DNA of 62,997 nt, the filler included, from Rhabdomonas costata (Eukaryota): NCBI GenBank assembly GCA_019059605.1. It is 45 parts of 45 records of this genome, joined end to end, with 100 filler letters (N's around TTAATTAATTAA, not from the genome) between each part and the next. Parts side by side here need not be neighbours in the genome. Positions count along the whole stretch, not along the records: positions 61,696 to 62,997 come from JAHMHO010020047.1; 44 more parts are not named here. One strand, given 5' to 3'. Below, piece by piece: positions 61,741 through 62,997 of this stretch. A program made the translations under genes and the position numbers. Numbering within the stretch: the stretch's first letter is position 1; each line of letters starts with the position of its first letter. A model generated the notes under the pieces. It was not told the DNA's origin. It saw only the letters and a program-made list of their open reading frames with translations, and did no database searches.

Positions 61741-62901
61741 AAGTTTGTCGTCTGCACGGGGGGCGGCCCGGGGATGATGGAAGCTGCCAACCGTGGCGCG
61801 TCAGAGGTGCTTTGCCTGTGTACCTCGTAGCTTGCTGGCCTACCGATGCTCCTCCTGTGCCTCAGATCACAAAAGCGGAACATTTCCGAAAAAGCAGCCC
61901 TTTTGGAGATAGAGCTTTGGATGTTTACAAAGGGCCGATTCCCTGGTTTTACATGTATTGTCCACAATATCCGTGAAGTGTGTTCGGGCTTGATAAGATT
62001 GGGGACCTCAGAAGACAGTCCATCAGAATTGTTTTTGGCCTTTATTATGCTTCAGGGTGGTTTGCTATCTGGTTTAGACTCAAATTTTATACCACACGTA
62101 CATTGCACCCCTTTTGGGTGCTGGCAATTTAACATGACTTAGCATGTGTGGCTGTTCCAGGATTTCCAGGATAATTGCCGTTCATGCCAAAATACATTTT
62201 TGACACATGTCATGGCACTTCTGATGCTGGTTTTGGCATGTTTTTACTGCTTCTGCTTCGGCCTCGTGATTTTTGATTGGACGGGCGGATGCAGGTTCCC
62301 GGGGCTAAGACGATGGGGATGAATATCTCTCTGCCCTTCGAGCAAGGCCTGAACCCCTACGTGACCCCGTCACTGTCCTTTGAGTTTCACTACTTCTTCA
62401 CGCGGAAGTTTTGGTATGCGATGGACTTCTCTTGCCTTGTGCTGCAGCATCGCCTTTCCTGTGTGTGTGTGTGTGGTGCCTGCTTCCGCAAAGCCCTTGT
62501 CAGCATAGGGATAGCCGCTTGTTCACGTGCTGTTTCCATGTGCATTTATTTCTTACGCCTCCTTCGTTTGGGAAGGTGACACTGCGCGAAGCACTTTCGA
62601 ACATTCTCCACGTGCTCTCTGCCGCGATAGTTCTTGTTTGATGTGGTTCACCGGACGCATATTGTCTCTATATGTCTGCTGTCGGCAACGGGTACACGTC
62701 GTGGCTCGTCTTCTTTTTTTGGATGAGAAACGAACTGTGATTATGAATTTTTTATGTACTGATGATTATGATTTTTGTGAGTCAGCTCTTTCCCCCATCC
62801 TCCCTCCTCTTCCATCCTTCCCCCTCTTCCACCCCAGGTTCCTCCGCGACTGTTACGGCTATCCTTTTTTTCTCTTCTCCAGGATGGTGTACCAGTCGCG
62901 G
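61741..62901 (+). CDS. LOG-family (lysine-decarboxylase-like) nucleotide phosphoribohydrolase, exons
   Basis: Exons ~61741-61806 (VCTGGGPGMMEAANRGA), 62295-62413 (GMNISLPFEQGLNPYVT..LSFEFHYFFTRKFW), and the start of an exon at 62883 cut by a fold-back. Confidence 0.92.
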
Positions 62902-62997
62902 AGGAACCTGGGGTGGAAGAGGGGGAAGGATGGAAGAGGAGGGAGGATGGGGGAAAGAGCTGACTCACAAAAATCATAATCATCAGTACACAAAACC

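Noticed and set aside
62755-62990. 98-bp perfect inverted repeat
   Set aside because: It begins inside a LOG exon at a short natural complementarity (CAGTCGCGG/CCGCGACTG) and runs to the contig end, i.e. a template switch.
1-62997. Any multi-gene system or operon inferred from neighbouring genes; tRNA, rRNA, spliced-leader or CRISPR loci
   Set aside because: Contigs appear grouped by similar length, not genomic position, so adjacency is meaningless. I could not recognise any RNA gene or repeat-spacer array by eye.

Overview
This is not a contiguous locus. It is about 45 unrelated ~1.3-kb contigs joined by an artificial 100-nt spacer (N44-TTAATTAATTAA-N44, stops in all six frames), so synteny between contigs means nothing. 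The contigs have G/T-only 5' ends, primer-like remnants, terminal fold-back inversions and an Illumina adapter, which points to whole-genome-amplified DNA. Most contigs are intron-rich fragments of a protist nuclear genome, and the raw ORF track misses most genes. I rebuilt exons by hand from splice sites, phase and protein motifs. Recognisable fragments: formin, DEAH helicase, Ctr copper transporter, ClpB/Hsp100, dual-specificity phosphatase, calpain-like protein, kinesin, NadB, CAMK and NEK kinases, CLC, PARP1, cyclin T/K, UBLCP1, ASH/HYDIN-like proteins, an NRAMP-like transporter, VTC, crotonase, LOG, and ankyrin and Sel1 proteins. There is also a decayed Ty3/gypsy pol and a ZNFX1-like pseudogene. 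Donor sites tending to GTNTGY/GC and one stem-forming intron suggest a euglenid (inference). Most notable: (1) a 1175-bp circular or tandem unit whose two exons splice into a stop-free, endlessly in-frame 4-TM repeat; (2) a very AT-rich Bro-N contig resembling giant-virus genes; (3) a candidate non-conventional stem-loop intron in the NEK gene; (4) two unannotated dispersed repeat families. All family assignments are from motif recognition; no database searches were run.
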